Of a stretch of DNA of 64,000 bases, positions 37,942-50,368 are shown piece after piece. The DNA lies in the NCBI RefSeq assembly GCF_006345805.1, contig NC_043001.1, forward strand, positions 19,592,001-19,656,000, read 5' to 3'. The translations under genes were made by a program, and so were the position numbers. Under the pieces are notes generated by a model, which was given only the letters and a program-made list of their open reading frames with translations, did not search any database and was not told where the DNA came from. Origin of the DNA: Octopus sinensis (taxonomy: Eukaryota). The first letter of the stretch is position 1; each line of letters begins with the position of its first letter.

Positions 37942-38356
37942 CTTTAAAAATTACAAAAAAAAACAAAACATTTCTTAATTTATAACAAAACATTGATATG
38001 TAAGTTTGTCTGCATGTATGTATGTCATTGTTCACTTTTATTTCAAGATTTCTTGCCAATAGAGAAAGAGCTGGTTTCTAACCTAGATCCAAGGCACCTT
38101 CATTGGAATTTCAACATCAACAACAGGGTATGTTTGATTGTATGTATATATGCATGTATATTTAAGTAGTTGAATGAATTATCCTAGTATGGATAATTCG
38201 GTTAACCGATACTCGGGTGGCAAATTCACGTCAGAAAACACGGTTGAAGCTACATGCCAAGGGCAGAGATCACGTACTTTCGTGTGGAAATTTGTGTGTT
38301 TTTTTTAACTATAAATAAATGAAAGAATGGAGTCGAACGACGATTTAACAAAATTC

Positions 38357-38450
38357 CCTTATTCTCGACATATGTTTCGAAGACTGCATATTCCTAATTT
38401 CGAAGGAATAAGGGGTGCATTATGCCGCCTTCTCATCAGGAAAGACAAGG
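38357..38450 (-). ncRNA. Type I hammerhead ribozyme (minimal, Penelope/retrozyme type)
   Basis: Minus strand reads CCTTGTCTTTC-CTGATGA-GAAGG...TCTTC-GAAA-CATATG-TC-GAGAATAAGG. All core nucleotides are present, with a GUC cleavage triplet, and stems I, II and III can be drawn. Confidence 0.75.
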
Positions 38451-38929
38451 AACTTATGTCAGCATCATGACGAACAAAAACTTTTAGATGACTGCCCACA
38501 CGGAGTCCATAGTGATAATGCATGTTATAGTATAGTATAGTATATATGCATGTATGTATATGTGCAGATTTGTATATTTTGCTTTATGTATGTATTCTCA
38601 TGCATACAGTTGTATATCGAGACATGTTCATATATATATATATAAATGTTGTGTGTGTATGTATGTATGTATGTATGCTGTGTGAGCAACTGGTTGTTTT
38701 AACGGTGGAACAAATAGGGGATTTCCATTAGAAAAGTTTTAATCGATTTTCTCAGTAACTATGGGGTCTAGGGGAAAAATACAAACTGCATTCCAATCTA
38801 TGCACCCGTTTCCACATGTGTGCCATTTTTCACGTGAATCCACCCAGCCGTTTGGCTGTGAACCTCAAGACAAGAAAGAATACAATGATCACCCATGTCC
38901 AATTCATATTATAGATATATATCATCAAC

Positions 38930-39445
38930 GTCATCATCGTTTAACATGTTTTCCATGCTAGCATGAGTTGGACGGTTCCACCGGGGTCTGGGAAGCCAGG
39001 AAGCTGCACCAGGCTCCAATCTGATCTGAATGCTTCTACAGCTGGATGCCCTTCCTAACACCAACCACTCCGTGAGTGTACTGGGTGCTTTTTACGTGCC
39101 ACCAGCACAGATATCACAACTACAATTTCCATTTGATTTTTATTTTGATGTTGATGTACTTGACTCACTAGATATCCTCAAGCACAGCAGGTCGCCCTAC
39201 AATCCAAAATAAGCACAGCAGGCCATCCTGCGATCTAAGGTACTTTGGATGGGTTGGGGCTGCTATGTGAAGCTGGTGCAGGAAACAGCCATGAGGTGAA
39301 GGAATCATCATCATCATCGTTTAACATCCGTTTTCCATACTAGCATGGGTTGGACGGTTCTGGGAAGCCAGGAGGCTGCACCAGACTCCAGTCTGATCTG
39401 GCAGTGTTTCTACAGCTGGATGCCCTTCCTAACACCAACAACTTC
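38930..39445 (-). mobile_element. Two SINE-D fragments
   Basis: 3' blocks at 38930-39130 and 39305-39445. Confidence 0.7.
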
Positions 39446-39473
39446 CTGGGTGTAGCTATACACACATAATGTT

Positions 39474-39512
<39 letters not shown>

Positions 39513-40141
39513 TTATATATATATATTTATATATAAATATATAAATATATATATTTATATATATATATATATTTATATTTATACAGTAATCCTTGCCATA
39601 TCACAGTTCATCTATCACAAACTCAGTAGATCGCGGATTTTTTGGGCTAATATTTGTAAATTCATATCGTGGACTCCTCAGTATATCGTGGGTTTCTGTG
39701 GCCAATAAGTATTTCTACTTTTTTAGATTTTAATTGTTTGCCTGGACTTGTGCCTCACAGGAGAACTTTCAAGGTGCAGATCCATGATCATTGATGACCA
39801 AGGGAGGTCTTTATCCTTTTATAATTAGTCATACAAATGAAGCAAGCAAAAAGTAAATCATTCATTCATTGAAAGAAGAATTTTCTATTACAATCCTACT
39901 CAAAGGTTTGTGCTTCTTCAAATTGATTGGAGTGAATTCATTTATCAGGCTTTACGTTGGTCTCAGTGAACATATTTAAAAACATAGAAATTTAAAAAAA
40001 CACCTAAAATCATACACAGAAATGGAAAATCAAATTACATACAAGTGGAAACATGTACAAACCATTTATGAGCTAATAAATTTTTTAAATGCTTTTTCAT
40101 GTTACGTTGCAATGTCTTGAAACCAATTACGAACATTAAGT

Positions 40142-40781
40142 TTAACTCTTTAGCATTTAAATCGACCAATATGCAGGAGTGGCTGTGTGGTAAGTAGCTT
40201 GTTTACCAACCACATGGTTCCGGGTTCAGTCCCACTGTGTGGCACCTTGGGCAAGTGTCTTCTACTATAGCCTCGGGCCGACCAAAGCCTCGTGAGTGCA
40301 TTTGGTAGATGGAAACTGAAAGAAGCCCGTCGTATATATGTATATATAAATATATGCGTGTGTGTGTTTGTGTGTCTGTGTTTGTCCCCCAGCATTGCTT
40401 GACAACCGATACTGGTGTGTTTATGTCCCCGTTACTTAGCGGTTCGGCAAAAAGAGACCGATAGAGTAAGTACTGAGCTTACAAAAGAATAAGTCCCGGG
40501 GTCGAGTTGCTCGACTAAAGGCGGTGCTCCAGCATGGCCGCAGTCAAATGACTGAAACAAGTAAAAGGGTAAAGAGTATATCCAACCCAAATATTCTACG
40601 TGTTTTATGTTCAAACAGGCCAGGTCTGGCATCTCATACCTACTCTTCAATGTCATTCTAAAAATATTGAAGGACATCTTTGAAATTTCAGCAGTATGAG
40701 GTAAGGCATGATTAATTCAAAACAATGTGGATAAAATATGGATTATATTTGACAGAATAATTTGAATGCTTAAAGGGTTAA
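40142..40781. mobile_element. piggyBac-type MITE interrupted by a SINE-B (40172-40577)
   Basis: TTAA-CTCTTTAGCATT start and AATGCTTAAAGGG-TTAA end; the body resumes after the SINE. Confidence 0.6.
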
Positions 40782-41141
40782 GTATAACTGTATTAGATCT
40801 ACAAAGTTTCATTCACCTGTTGTATGTACTCTCTGTTGGCCAGTATCTGATCTAATGTAAAATTTGGTAGAAATTACTGTTATAGCTTATGTTACTAACA
40901 GTGTCTTTTACAGCAGCAGCCAGTTATCATAGCACAGTGATACACATAGGATAGAATATCAGTTACAAGTTCGTGTGTGTGTGTGTAGTATGGCAGTGAT
41001 TGCTGCTATAGTTAGATGTTTGCCAAGGAAAGCTTTGGTAGCTACTGAACAAATTGGTTGCACTTATATAAGAAAACACACATACACACACGCAAATATA
41101 TACCGTATGTTTTGCTTGTATGCACCTGTATATACTTACAC

Positions 41142-41174
<33 letters not shown>

Positions 41175-41179
41175 TCTGA

Positions 41180-41507
41180 GATCCCCTTCAGTCTAGACAC
41201 AAACCATGGGATTGCACCTAGAAAGTCACCCTCCTAGGCACAAGCCTGGGCAAGGTTGTTTATTGAAGACCAGCAGTCACCCATGCATACCGGCCTCCCC
41301 TCTCTACACCACCAGTGTTATCCAAGGGAAAGGCAAAGGGGCCGATACAGCTTGGCACCTGTGATGTCGCAACTCATTTCTACAGCTGAGTGAACTGGAG
41401 CAATGTGAAGTAAAGTGTCTTGCTCAAGAACACAACACGCAGCCCTGTCTGGGATTCAAGCTCACAACCTCACAATCGTAAGCTCGATGCTCTAACCACT
41501 GAGCCAT
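41180..41507 (-). mobile_element. SINE-E (head ATGGCTCAGTGGTTAGAGC)
   Basis: tRNA-like A/B boxes, then a GC-richer core; followed by a SINE-B 3' half at 41540-41736. Confidence 0.65.
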
Positions 41508-41735
41508 ATATAATTATATATATAATTATATATATATATATGTCCCCCTAGCATTGCTTGACAACCGATGCTGGTGTGTTTGTGTCCCCAATACTTAGCG
41601 GTTCGGCAAAAGAGACCGATAGAATAAGTACTGGGCTTACAAAAAGAATAAGTCCCGGGGTCAAGTTGCTCGATTAAAGGCGGTGCTCCAGCATGGCCGC
41701 AGTCAAATGACTGAAACAAGTAAAAGAGTAAAAGA

Positions 41736-41801
<66 letters not shown>

Positions 41802-41901
41802 TTATAAATGAGGGTGAAAAATCGATATTAATTTAATAATACCATTAATTAACACCGAGTGGCTTAGCACAAAACACTACGGAGAAAATACAAATTTATA
41901 C

Positions 41902-42137
41902 ATAAATTATTAGAGAGTTAACCACTATGTGGATAACTCTAGTGCTAAAAATAGCTCCGAAGTAACCACAGAAGATTTGTTTCCAACTAGAATCAACATA
42001 CATTTAACGGAAGGAAAGTGAAATACAACGAATAAATGTATGTTAATTCTAGTTGGAAACAAATCTTCTGTGGTTGCTTCGGAGCTATTTTTAGCACTAG
42101 AGTTATCCACATAGTGGTTAACTCTCTAATAATTTAT
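41902..42137. repeat. Near-perfect hairpin / foldback element
   Basis: About 105-bp arms with 2 visible mismatches and a loop of about 26 nt. Confidence 0.9.
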
Positions 42138-42690
42138 ATATATACATATATATATATACATATATATATAAATATACATACACATATATTCACACACACA
42201 TACACATATACAGATACATACAGCAGGATGCTCTTCCTAACACCAACCACTTTACAGAGTGTACTGGGTACTTTTACACAGCACTGGCATGGGTCCTTAT
42301 ATGTGGAACTAGCACAGATGCTTTTTACATGGCCCCAGCACCCACAAGCCTGTAAGATTAGGATCACTCAGCTGAAGGGGGATGCAAGGGACAGGCCAGT
42401 ATGCAAGGACAACCACATGTTTTTAGGCAATCATTGTTGGTGGGTGTTTTCCAAGGTCAGAGTGCAAATCTTGCCTCAACTCCTTTTAGCTGCCTTTTTA
42501 AAACATGCAGAATAAACTTTGGGTCTATTCTTTGAAATGCCAGCCCCTACACAAAGACATCATCACAAATGAAATCAAAACAAAATTCATAATGCTGTTA
42601 ATGTTACTTTTTTGTCTTTTTTTCTTTTTGGAAAGCCAATTAAATGAAATAAACTTGTTATGTAAAATAACTTTTATGACATGAACAAGT

Positions 42691-42862
42691 AAGGCGCAGG
42701 AGTGGCTGTGTGTAAGTAGCTTGTTTACCAACCACATAGTTCCGGGTTCAGTCCACTGCGTGGCACCTTGGGCAAGTGTCTTCTACTATAGCCTCGGGCC
42801 GACCAAAGCCTTGTGAGTGGATTTGGTGGACGGAAACTGAAAGAAGCCCGTCGTATATATGC

Positions 42863-42909
<47 letters not shown>

Positions 42910-43130
42910 GCGTTTTTGCGTGTTGTGTGTCTGTGTTTGTCCCCCTAGCATTGCTTGACAACCGATGCTTGTGGTGTTTATGTCCCCGTTACTTAGCGGT
43001 TCGGCAAAAGAGACTGATAGAATAACTACTGGGCTTACAAAAAAAGAATAAGTCCCGGGCTCGAGTTGCTCGATTAAAGGCGGTGCTCCAGCATGGCGCA
43101 GTCAAATGACTGAAACAAGTAAAAGAGTAA
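42691..43130 (+). mobile_element. SINE-B
   Basis: Full length. Confidence 0.8.
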
Positions 43131-43404
43131 AGTAAATTAACATCAGAAAAATTAATTTCGGAAAAAAGTTCCTTGGAAAAGGTAGTAACCCAATGTTAAC
43201 AGCAAGAGTCAAAACTAAACATCTGCACTTGCTGACAACACAAAATAATCATATAAACACACACACATTTATGAACAACTGTATGTATAATGTATATAGT
43301 GGTTGTGACTTCAGCGACAGCTGACAGGTGTTTTTCAGTGCATGTTTTAGATTTAATTTTTAAAAAAGACTAACTAAATTCAGATATGTGTGTATGTTGT
43401 GTGT

Positions 43405-43700
43405 CATCATCATCATCGTTTAACGTCCGCTTTCCTTGCTAGCATGGGTTGGATGATTTGACTGAGGGCTGGCGAACCAGATGGCTGCACCAGACTCCAA
43501 TCTGATCTGGCAGAGTTTCTACAGCTGGATGCCCTTCCTAACGCCAACCACTCCGAGAGTGTAGTGGGTGCATTTACGTGCCATCTGCATGAGGGCCAGT
43601 CAAGCAGTACTGGCAACGGCCACACTCAAATGGTGCTTTTTATGTGCCACCTGCACAGGAGCCAGTCTAGCAGAACTGGCAACGACCTCGCTTGAATGTG
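43405..43700 (-). mobile_element. SINE-D
   Basis: Conserved 3' block. Confidence 0.75.
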
Positions 43701-43889
43701 TGTGTGGTGTGTGTGTATATATATAGGTGTGTATATATATATACATGCGCAAACACACATTAAAAAATAGGCGAAACACAGATGTGCGACTGAGTTGGAG
43801 GCAGATTTACTTCTGCCTTTATAACATGTCAAGAAAACGTTGCTGAAATGTATGCAGCACGTGTACTGTAACAGTACTATGCATAGTTT

Positions 43890-44312
43890 GGATCTTTTCA
43901 TTTTGACCGGCAGTTTTTTCTAGCGGTGTCTTATGAAATTGTCAGCCATAATTATGACCCTACTATCGATCTATTGCATTTCAATCTGTTTTAGGGTTAG
44001 GGTTAGTTACGGTCAGGGGTGGGGGAAAGGTATCTTTTTTTTTCTTCAAAAATATAAATAAACCCAATCTGTCTCTTAAACGATGGGACATATTCATACG
44101 GCACAGAATGTTTTCACCTCAATAGACGTCATTGATTGGTTGAAATTGCAGAAATTGAAGAACAACAAATATCTTACAAACTATAGAATTTTCTCAATAA
44201 AGCCAAGAGAAAAAGATGTTTTATAAACATATTCTACCAGTATACGAAGTTTAAAAGTGTTTAGTTACGTGGAAATTATTTTTAAAATCTGCCGTTCAAA
44301 CTGAAAAGATCC
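43890..44312. mobile_element. hAT-type MITE, same family as 28632
   Basis: Same TIRs and body; TSD CATAGTTT/CATAGTAT. Confidence 0.8.
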
Positions 44313-44811
44313 CATAGTATTAATACTTAGATTGAAAAGCAGGGCTGAATTATGTCTATCTAAACAACAAAAAAGTAAAATATTTTGCCTTTTATGCATA
44401 CACTGTTCACTTTCCTGACTTTTGTACATAATTCCATGTACTGTACATGCACCTTGATGAGTTGTAGTGCACCTGAGCACTATACACAACAGGTTTATTA
44501 TTATTATCCTCACTTTAACTACAGGCTTGCATGGTACCCTTATGCACACACATTGTGACAAGCATATAATAACACCCCTGCTCTTCCCAATATCTCCTAC
44601 TTACATCACTTCTATTTCACCTAACAGGTCTGTCCAGTATGATGCACAAAAGTCTCATACAGACACAGCATAAAGTAAACATGCATACATATACACATGC
44701 ACTAACTCATGCAGTATACAGGCACACTAACTTCATGCACCAACATACACGCGCACACACACGTAGGCCAGCCTCATGGTTGTCTCCCTTACTACGCATG
44801 CCCAAAACAAT

Positions 44812-45046
44812 TCCTATTTCTTTACTGCCCACAAGGGGCTAAACACAGAGGGGACAAACAAGGACAGACAAACGGACTAAGTTGATTATATCGACCCCAG
44901 TGCGTAACTGGTACTTAATTTATCGACCCCGAAAGGATCAAAGGTAAAGTCGACCTCAGCGGAATTTGAACTCAGAACGCAGCGCCAGACGAAATACCGC
45001 TAAGCATATCGCCCGCATGCTAACGTTTCTGCCAGCTTGCTACCTT
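44812..45046 (-). mobile_element. SINE-A
   Basis: Full length. Confidence 0.8.
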
Positions 45047-45407
45047 AAACAATTCCTTCAGGGAAATAAGGGTGCGTTGAAGTGTGTTGCTTTGTTATTT
45101 ATAAAGGAGAGTTGACTGAATGAAGCTGGCTTATATTCAAAGCCTTTTATATAAAGAAACAGGTTTATATAATGATTAAACTAGGTTATGCATTGTCTGT
45201 GTGAGATTACATTTCGACAAATCTTTTATATTTAATACTGTTTTATAGAAGTGCACCTGTATAACGAGAGACTGAGGTGAAAATAGGGAAGTTGTTCATC
45301 TACTCCTTTATCACTTCTTGTCATTTATACATGGCTACTCTTTCTTTCAGAAGAACAGTGTACACCTAAAACATAAATGACTTTCCCTTCTATTTTTCCC
45401 TGTTTCT

Positions 45408-45634
45408 TTAACCCTTTCGTTACTGTATATTTTGAGATGCTCTGTGTTTCTTTCAATTACTTTAAACATGACAAAGAATTTAGTAGAACAACTTAGTTAT
45501 CATTAAGATAGTGTTAGGAACATAAATTGTGACTAAGGTTTGGTGGCAGATTTTATTTCAGAACTTATGAAAACAAGACATTTGTACTACAGAGCCAGAG
45601 GTGGTTTCAGTCGGGTTGATAATGAAAGAGTTTA
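45408..45634. mobile_element. piggyBac-type MITE (same family as 6779)
   Basis: TTAA-CCCTTTCGTTAC start; body co-linear with 6779-7007. Confidence 0.7.
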
Positions 45635-46311
45635 TGTAAATTTAATGAACAGTTTTCTACCTTATCTTGTGATATATTTTTGTCACCATATATGTGTGTG
45701 GTGTGGTGTGTGTGTGTGTGTGTGTGTGTTGCATCAACTGTAAGGTATATATGCTACAATGTGTAACCATTAAACATCATTTCTTAATTTTTAACATTTA
45801 TTTACAATTCAGTTTGCTAAAGAAATGATGGTTACTTATAGTACAAATGTATTTTAAATCCATTACTGAAACATCTGTATTTCAATAAATACTTTTAAAC
45901 ACATACACATACATAAAGATGTGTAATGGATATCTGGGATGTTTTGCCCAAAGCAGAGACTGCAGAAAATACTTAGAGGTAATACAAGTTCTTCTTTTGA
46001 TGGGTGACTAGATTTTCAGCAGGTATCACAGGATGACGAGTATTTCTCCATCACCTAGCCTGAACATTTTGCCTGAACCAAGCAAGGCAGAATGAATTAA
46101 CCTTCTCCTACAGTGAGTGAGAGAGAGGGAGAGAGTGTGTATGTGCACGTGTGTGTGGATGGATAGATACATACATACATACACATACTCACACACACAC
46201 ACATATATATGCACACACACATGCACACATTAAAAACCTATGTCCAAGTTTGATCTTTCTCATATTTATGGTGGTTTGGAACAATAACATTCCTAAATCT
46301 AGTGATGATGA

Positions 46312-46348
<37 letters not shown>

Positions 46349-46743
46349 CAAAATGAGAAAATGGAGAAATATAATTAAATCAATCATCAACCATCAGATA
46401 ATACCCAATCAGTACTTTAGAGGGTTGAATTTACAACCCCTATCTAATTTTATATATATATATATATATATATGATGATTGTTGCCCCCTCGTGATGGAG
46501 TATGGCCATTGCACGAAGCTTAACTGTTATTGGTGCTGTGATCGAATGTGACTTTTTAGCCCAGCTAAAGATCTACAATGTCTTGTACAGAATTGGCAGC
46601 TGGTAATAGCCGGCTGTAGTTGTAACTGGGTTTCATGTACCATGTGCCCAATGCCCTAACCACTGGGCCATTGCACCTCCACACAATATATATATCATCA
46701 TCGTTTAGCATCCGTTTTCCATATATATATATATATATATATA

Positions 46744-47110
46744 TCTTTATATATAAAAGTCAAGTTGTGTGTCTGTCTCCTACGATTTAGATTCCTAACT
46801 ACTCCCACATTTTGCGGTGCAGTTTAACCATATCGAGCCCTTCTGGGTATTAGCGCACGTCTACGATGAGTCTACGATTTAAAAAATAATTTACCATCAT
46901 TTTTTTCCATTTTAATGCATTTTTTCGCTATTATATAAGGGAAGTAACTCTCTAAAAATGTCTACGATGAGTCAACTATTTTTTAAAAATTTACCATAAT
47001 TCTTTTCCATTTTTAATGCATTTTTTGCTATTTTTTGGCTATAACTCTCTAAAAATGTTTATATAGTTATTTCCCTTACAAACCCGAGCAACGCCGGGTG
47101 ATACTGCTAG
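46744..47110 (+). mobile_element. Non-autonomous Helitron
   Basis: 5' TC(TTTATATATAAAAG), 3' hairpin CCCGagcaacgcCGGG followed by CTAG, inserted between A and T. Confidence 0.75.
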
Positions 47111-47141
<31 letters not shown>

Positions 47142-47143
<2 letters not shown>

Positions 47144-47477
47144 CAACTTGCATTGAAAGTCAACAAACAAAGTTTGCTTTAGAAGCATTGAGATGTATTG
47201 AAGGATTCACATAAAGAAATAATTTTATTCTCAAACGCAGGACAATGTTAATAATATACCATGAACAGGGTAAACTATCCATATTTTTCAGAAAAATCTG
47301 TCAGTGGCCAGCCATGAGATTCAAACATGGATTTTGTGCAAAATATGGATAGTTTATCCTGTCCATGCTATATTATTAGCATTATCCTGCGTTTGAGAAT
47401 AAAATTATTTCCTTATCTTTCAATCCATCTCAACGCTTCTAAAGCAAACTTTGTGTCAACTTTCAAAGTAAGTTGAA
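47142..47477. mobile_element. Foldback/MITE-like element with about 140-bp inverted arms
   Basis: 47142-47290 is the imperfect reverse complement of about 47340-47477. The centre contains a reversed remnant of the tRNA-like T arm. Confidence 0.65.
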
Positions 47478-47547
47478 GTTAACGTATGATAGCATCTTAT
47501 AAAGCTAGATTTATATATCCTAAATTTGCAGAAGAATTTGTTGTTGA

Positions 47548-47623
47548 GGCAGTTTAGCTTAATGGTAAAGCCCTTGATGCATAATCACAGGAATGTGAGT
47601 TCGAGTCTCATGGCAAGCTGCCA
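47548..47623 (+). tRNA. tRNA-Met(CAT)-like sequence, probably a pseudogene or element-borne copy
   Basis: Acceptor GGCAGTT/AGCTGCC+A, D arm GCTT/AAGC, T arm GTGAG-TTCGAGT-CTCAT, loop TGCATAA. Defects: bulged anticodon stem, G at position 33, and 4 extra nt between the T arm and the acceptor strand. Confidence 0.5.
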
Positions 47624-48017
47624 ACAGATTTTTCTGCAAAATACTCATGCTATATCATTAGCATTATCCAGCATTTGAGAATAAGATTATTTCCTTATGT
47701 GTGTGTATATATGTATACATATTCAAATACATATACACATACACACATACTGGTTTCAGATTCTGGCTCAAGACCAATAATTTCAGGGGAAGGGCCAGCT
47801 AAACTGGTACTTATTTTATTAATCCCCAAAAGGATGAAAATCAAAGTTGGCCTCATTGGAGTTTGAACACAGAATGTAAAGACTAATGAAATACTGCTAA
47901 GCAATTTGCCCAGCATGCTAATAACAATTCCGCCAGCTCACTGCCTTGTATATTTATATATTGAGTTTATTTATATATGCAAGCAGTTTTCTATGCCAGT
48001 GAGATGATGATAATGAT

Positions 48018-48060
<43 letters not shown>

Positions 48061-48365
48061 AAGCATCTGTTGCCAATAGATAACTCCCTATACTTCTATT
48101 CCTTCCTTACTCTAGCCATCATTATTTCTCTTTAAACACTGTTAACACTAATTATGTCATAACACACTGAAATAATATTGAAATAATATATCATTACTAA
48201 CATACCATCTCAACTGCTTTTTGACTTCAGTTCACGAGTATGCCTTCTGTTAATTTCTATAATAACCTTGGCAGTACATGAAAACTTTCGACCTAGAGGC
48301 AAACAACACCAATGTCAGCTTCCCAGTTACCTAGCATTTTGTATATAATGAACAGTTATTAAAGT

Positions 48366-49032
48366 ACCTATTTCTTTACTACCCACAAGGGGCTAAACAC
48401 AGAGAGGACAAACAAGGACAGACAAATGGATTAAGTCGATTATATCAACCCCAGTACGTAACTGGTACTCAATTTATCGACCCCGAAAAGATGAAAAGCA
48501 AATTTGACCTCAGTGAAATTTGAACTCAGAACATAAGACAGACGAAATACCTATTTCTTTACTACCCACAAGGGGCTAAACACAGACAGGACAAACAAGG
48601 ACAGACAAACGGATTAAGTCGATTATATCGACCCCAGTACATAACTGGTACTTAATTTATCAACTCCAAAAGGATGAAAGGCAAAGTCGACCTCGGCAGA
48701 ATTTGAACTCAAAACGTAATGGCAGATGAAATATGGCTACGCATTTCGCCCGGTGTGCTAATGTTTCTGCCAGCTCACCGCCCAATAAAGACTGAAAAAT
48801 ACGTATATATATTTCTTTACTACCCACAAGGGGCTAAACACAGAGAGGACAAACAAGGCCAAACGGATTAAGTCGATTATATCAACCCCTGTATGTAACT
48901 GGTACTCAATTTATCGACCTCGAAAGGATGAAAGGCAAAGTCAACCTCGGCGGAATTTGAACTCAGAACGTAACGGCAGACAAAATACGGCTACGCATTT
49001 CGCCCAGCATGCTAACATTTCTGCCAGCTCGC
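48366..49032 (-). mobile_element. SINE-A tandem array (3 units)
   Basis: Units start near 48366, 48550 and 48813; followed by a SINE-D (+) at 49045-49320. Confidence 0.8.
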
Positions 49033-49623
49033 AGTTATTAAAGTACCAGCATCGCCTTACTGGCACCTGTGCCGGTGGCATGTGTAAAAAGATTCGAGTG
49101 AGGTCGTTGCCAGTACCGCCTGACTGGCCCCCGTGCCGGTGGCACGCAAAAGCACCCACTACCCTCTTGGAGTGGTTGGCGTTAGGAAGGGCATCCAGCT
49201 GTAAAAACTCTGCCAGATCAAGATTGGGGCCCGGTGCAGCCATCTGGTTCACCAGCCCTCAGTCACATCGTCCAACCCATGCTAGCATGGAAAGCGGACG
49301 TTAAACGATGATGATGATGGGTAAAAGCATGGCCATGTAGTTAAGAAGTTCCTTATGCATATTACACAATTAGTCTTTATCATCACCCAAGGTTGACGAG
49401 TACTTTAGTAGCAGAATTTGCAAGACAGATACCATCATGTAATAATAATTTCAGTCCATAATAAATTACTTCACATGTCTTCACCAATATGCATGCTATG
49501 CATTATAGACTGAAATCAATATTACATGATGAAGGCTGCGAAATGGTCGTAATGCTATGGTTATCACAAGGTTAAATTAGCATATTAAACTCTCATAATC
49601 ACATAACACACACACTTACATAC

Positions 49624-49660
<37 letters not shown>

Positions 49661-49669
49661 AATGGCCAA

Positions 49670-50056
49670 GGTGCAGGAGTGGCTGTGTGGTAAGTAGCTT
49701 GCTTACCAACCACATGGTTCCGGGTTCATTCCCACTGCGTGGCACCTTGGGCAAGTGTCTTCTACTATAGCCTCGGGCCAACCAAAGCCTTGTGAGTGGA
49801 TTTGGTAGACAGAAACTGAAATGATGGGCTTCTTTCAGTTTCTGTCTACCAAATCCAAAGGTGGCGAGCTGGTAGAAACGTTAGCACGCCGGGCGAAATG
49901 CATAGCCGTATTTCGTCTGCCGTTACATTGTGAGTTCAAATTCCGTCGAGGTTGACAAATTAAGTACCAGTTACGCACTGGGGTCGATGTAATCGACTTA
50001 ACCCCTTTATCTGTCCTTGTTTGTCCCCTCTATGTTTAGCCCCTTGTGGGCAATAA

Positions 50057-50096
<40 letters not shown>

Positions 50097-50099
50097 ATG

Positions 50100-50145
<46 letters not shown>

Positions 50146-50368
50146 TGTATGTATGTATGTGTGTATATGTGTGTGTGTGTGTTTGTCCTCCCAACAACAG
50201 ATGCTGATGTGTTTACGTCCCTGTAACCTAGCAGTTCGGCACAAGAGACCAATAGAATAAGTACTAGGCTTACAAAGAATAAGTCCTGGGGTCGATTTGC
50301 TCAACTAAATGCGGTTCTCTAGCATAGCCGCAGTCAAATGACTGAAACAAGTAAAAGAATAAAAGAAT
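49670..50368 (+). mobile_element. SINE-B split by a SINE-A (49857-50059)
   Basis: 5' half ends in a short inverted duplication; the 3' half resumes at about 50170. Confidence 0.7.

Noticed and set aside
42551-42590. Candidate gene B exon 1 (MNFVLISFVMMSL+T|gtaggg)
   Set aside because: Splicing to 37941 would create T+GA, a stop codon.
49387-49438. Candidate gene B exon 1 (MMVSVLQILLLKYSSTL+G|gtgatg)
   Set aside because: The phase is correct, but the donor is weak and the hydrophobic core is interrupted by KY; it cannot be supported without transcript data.
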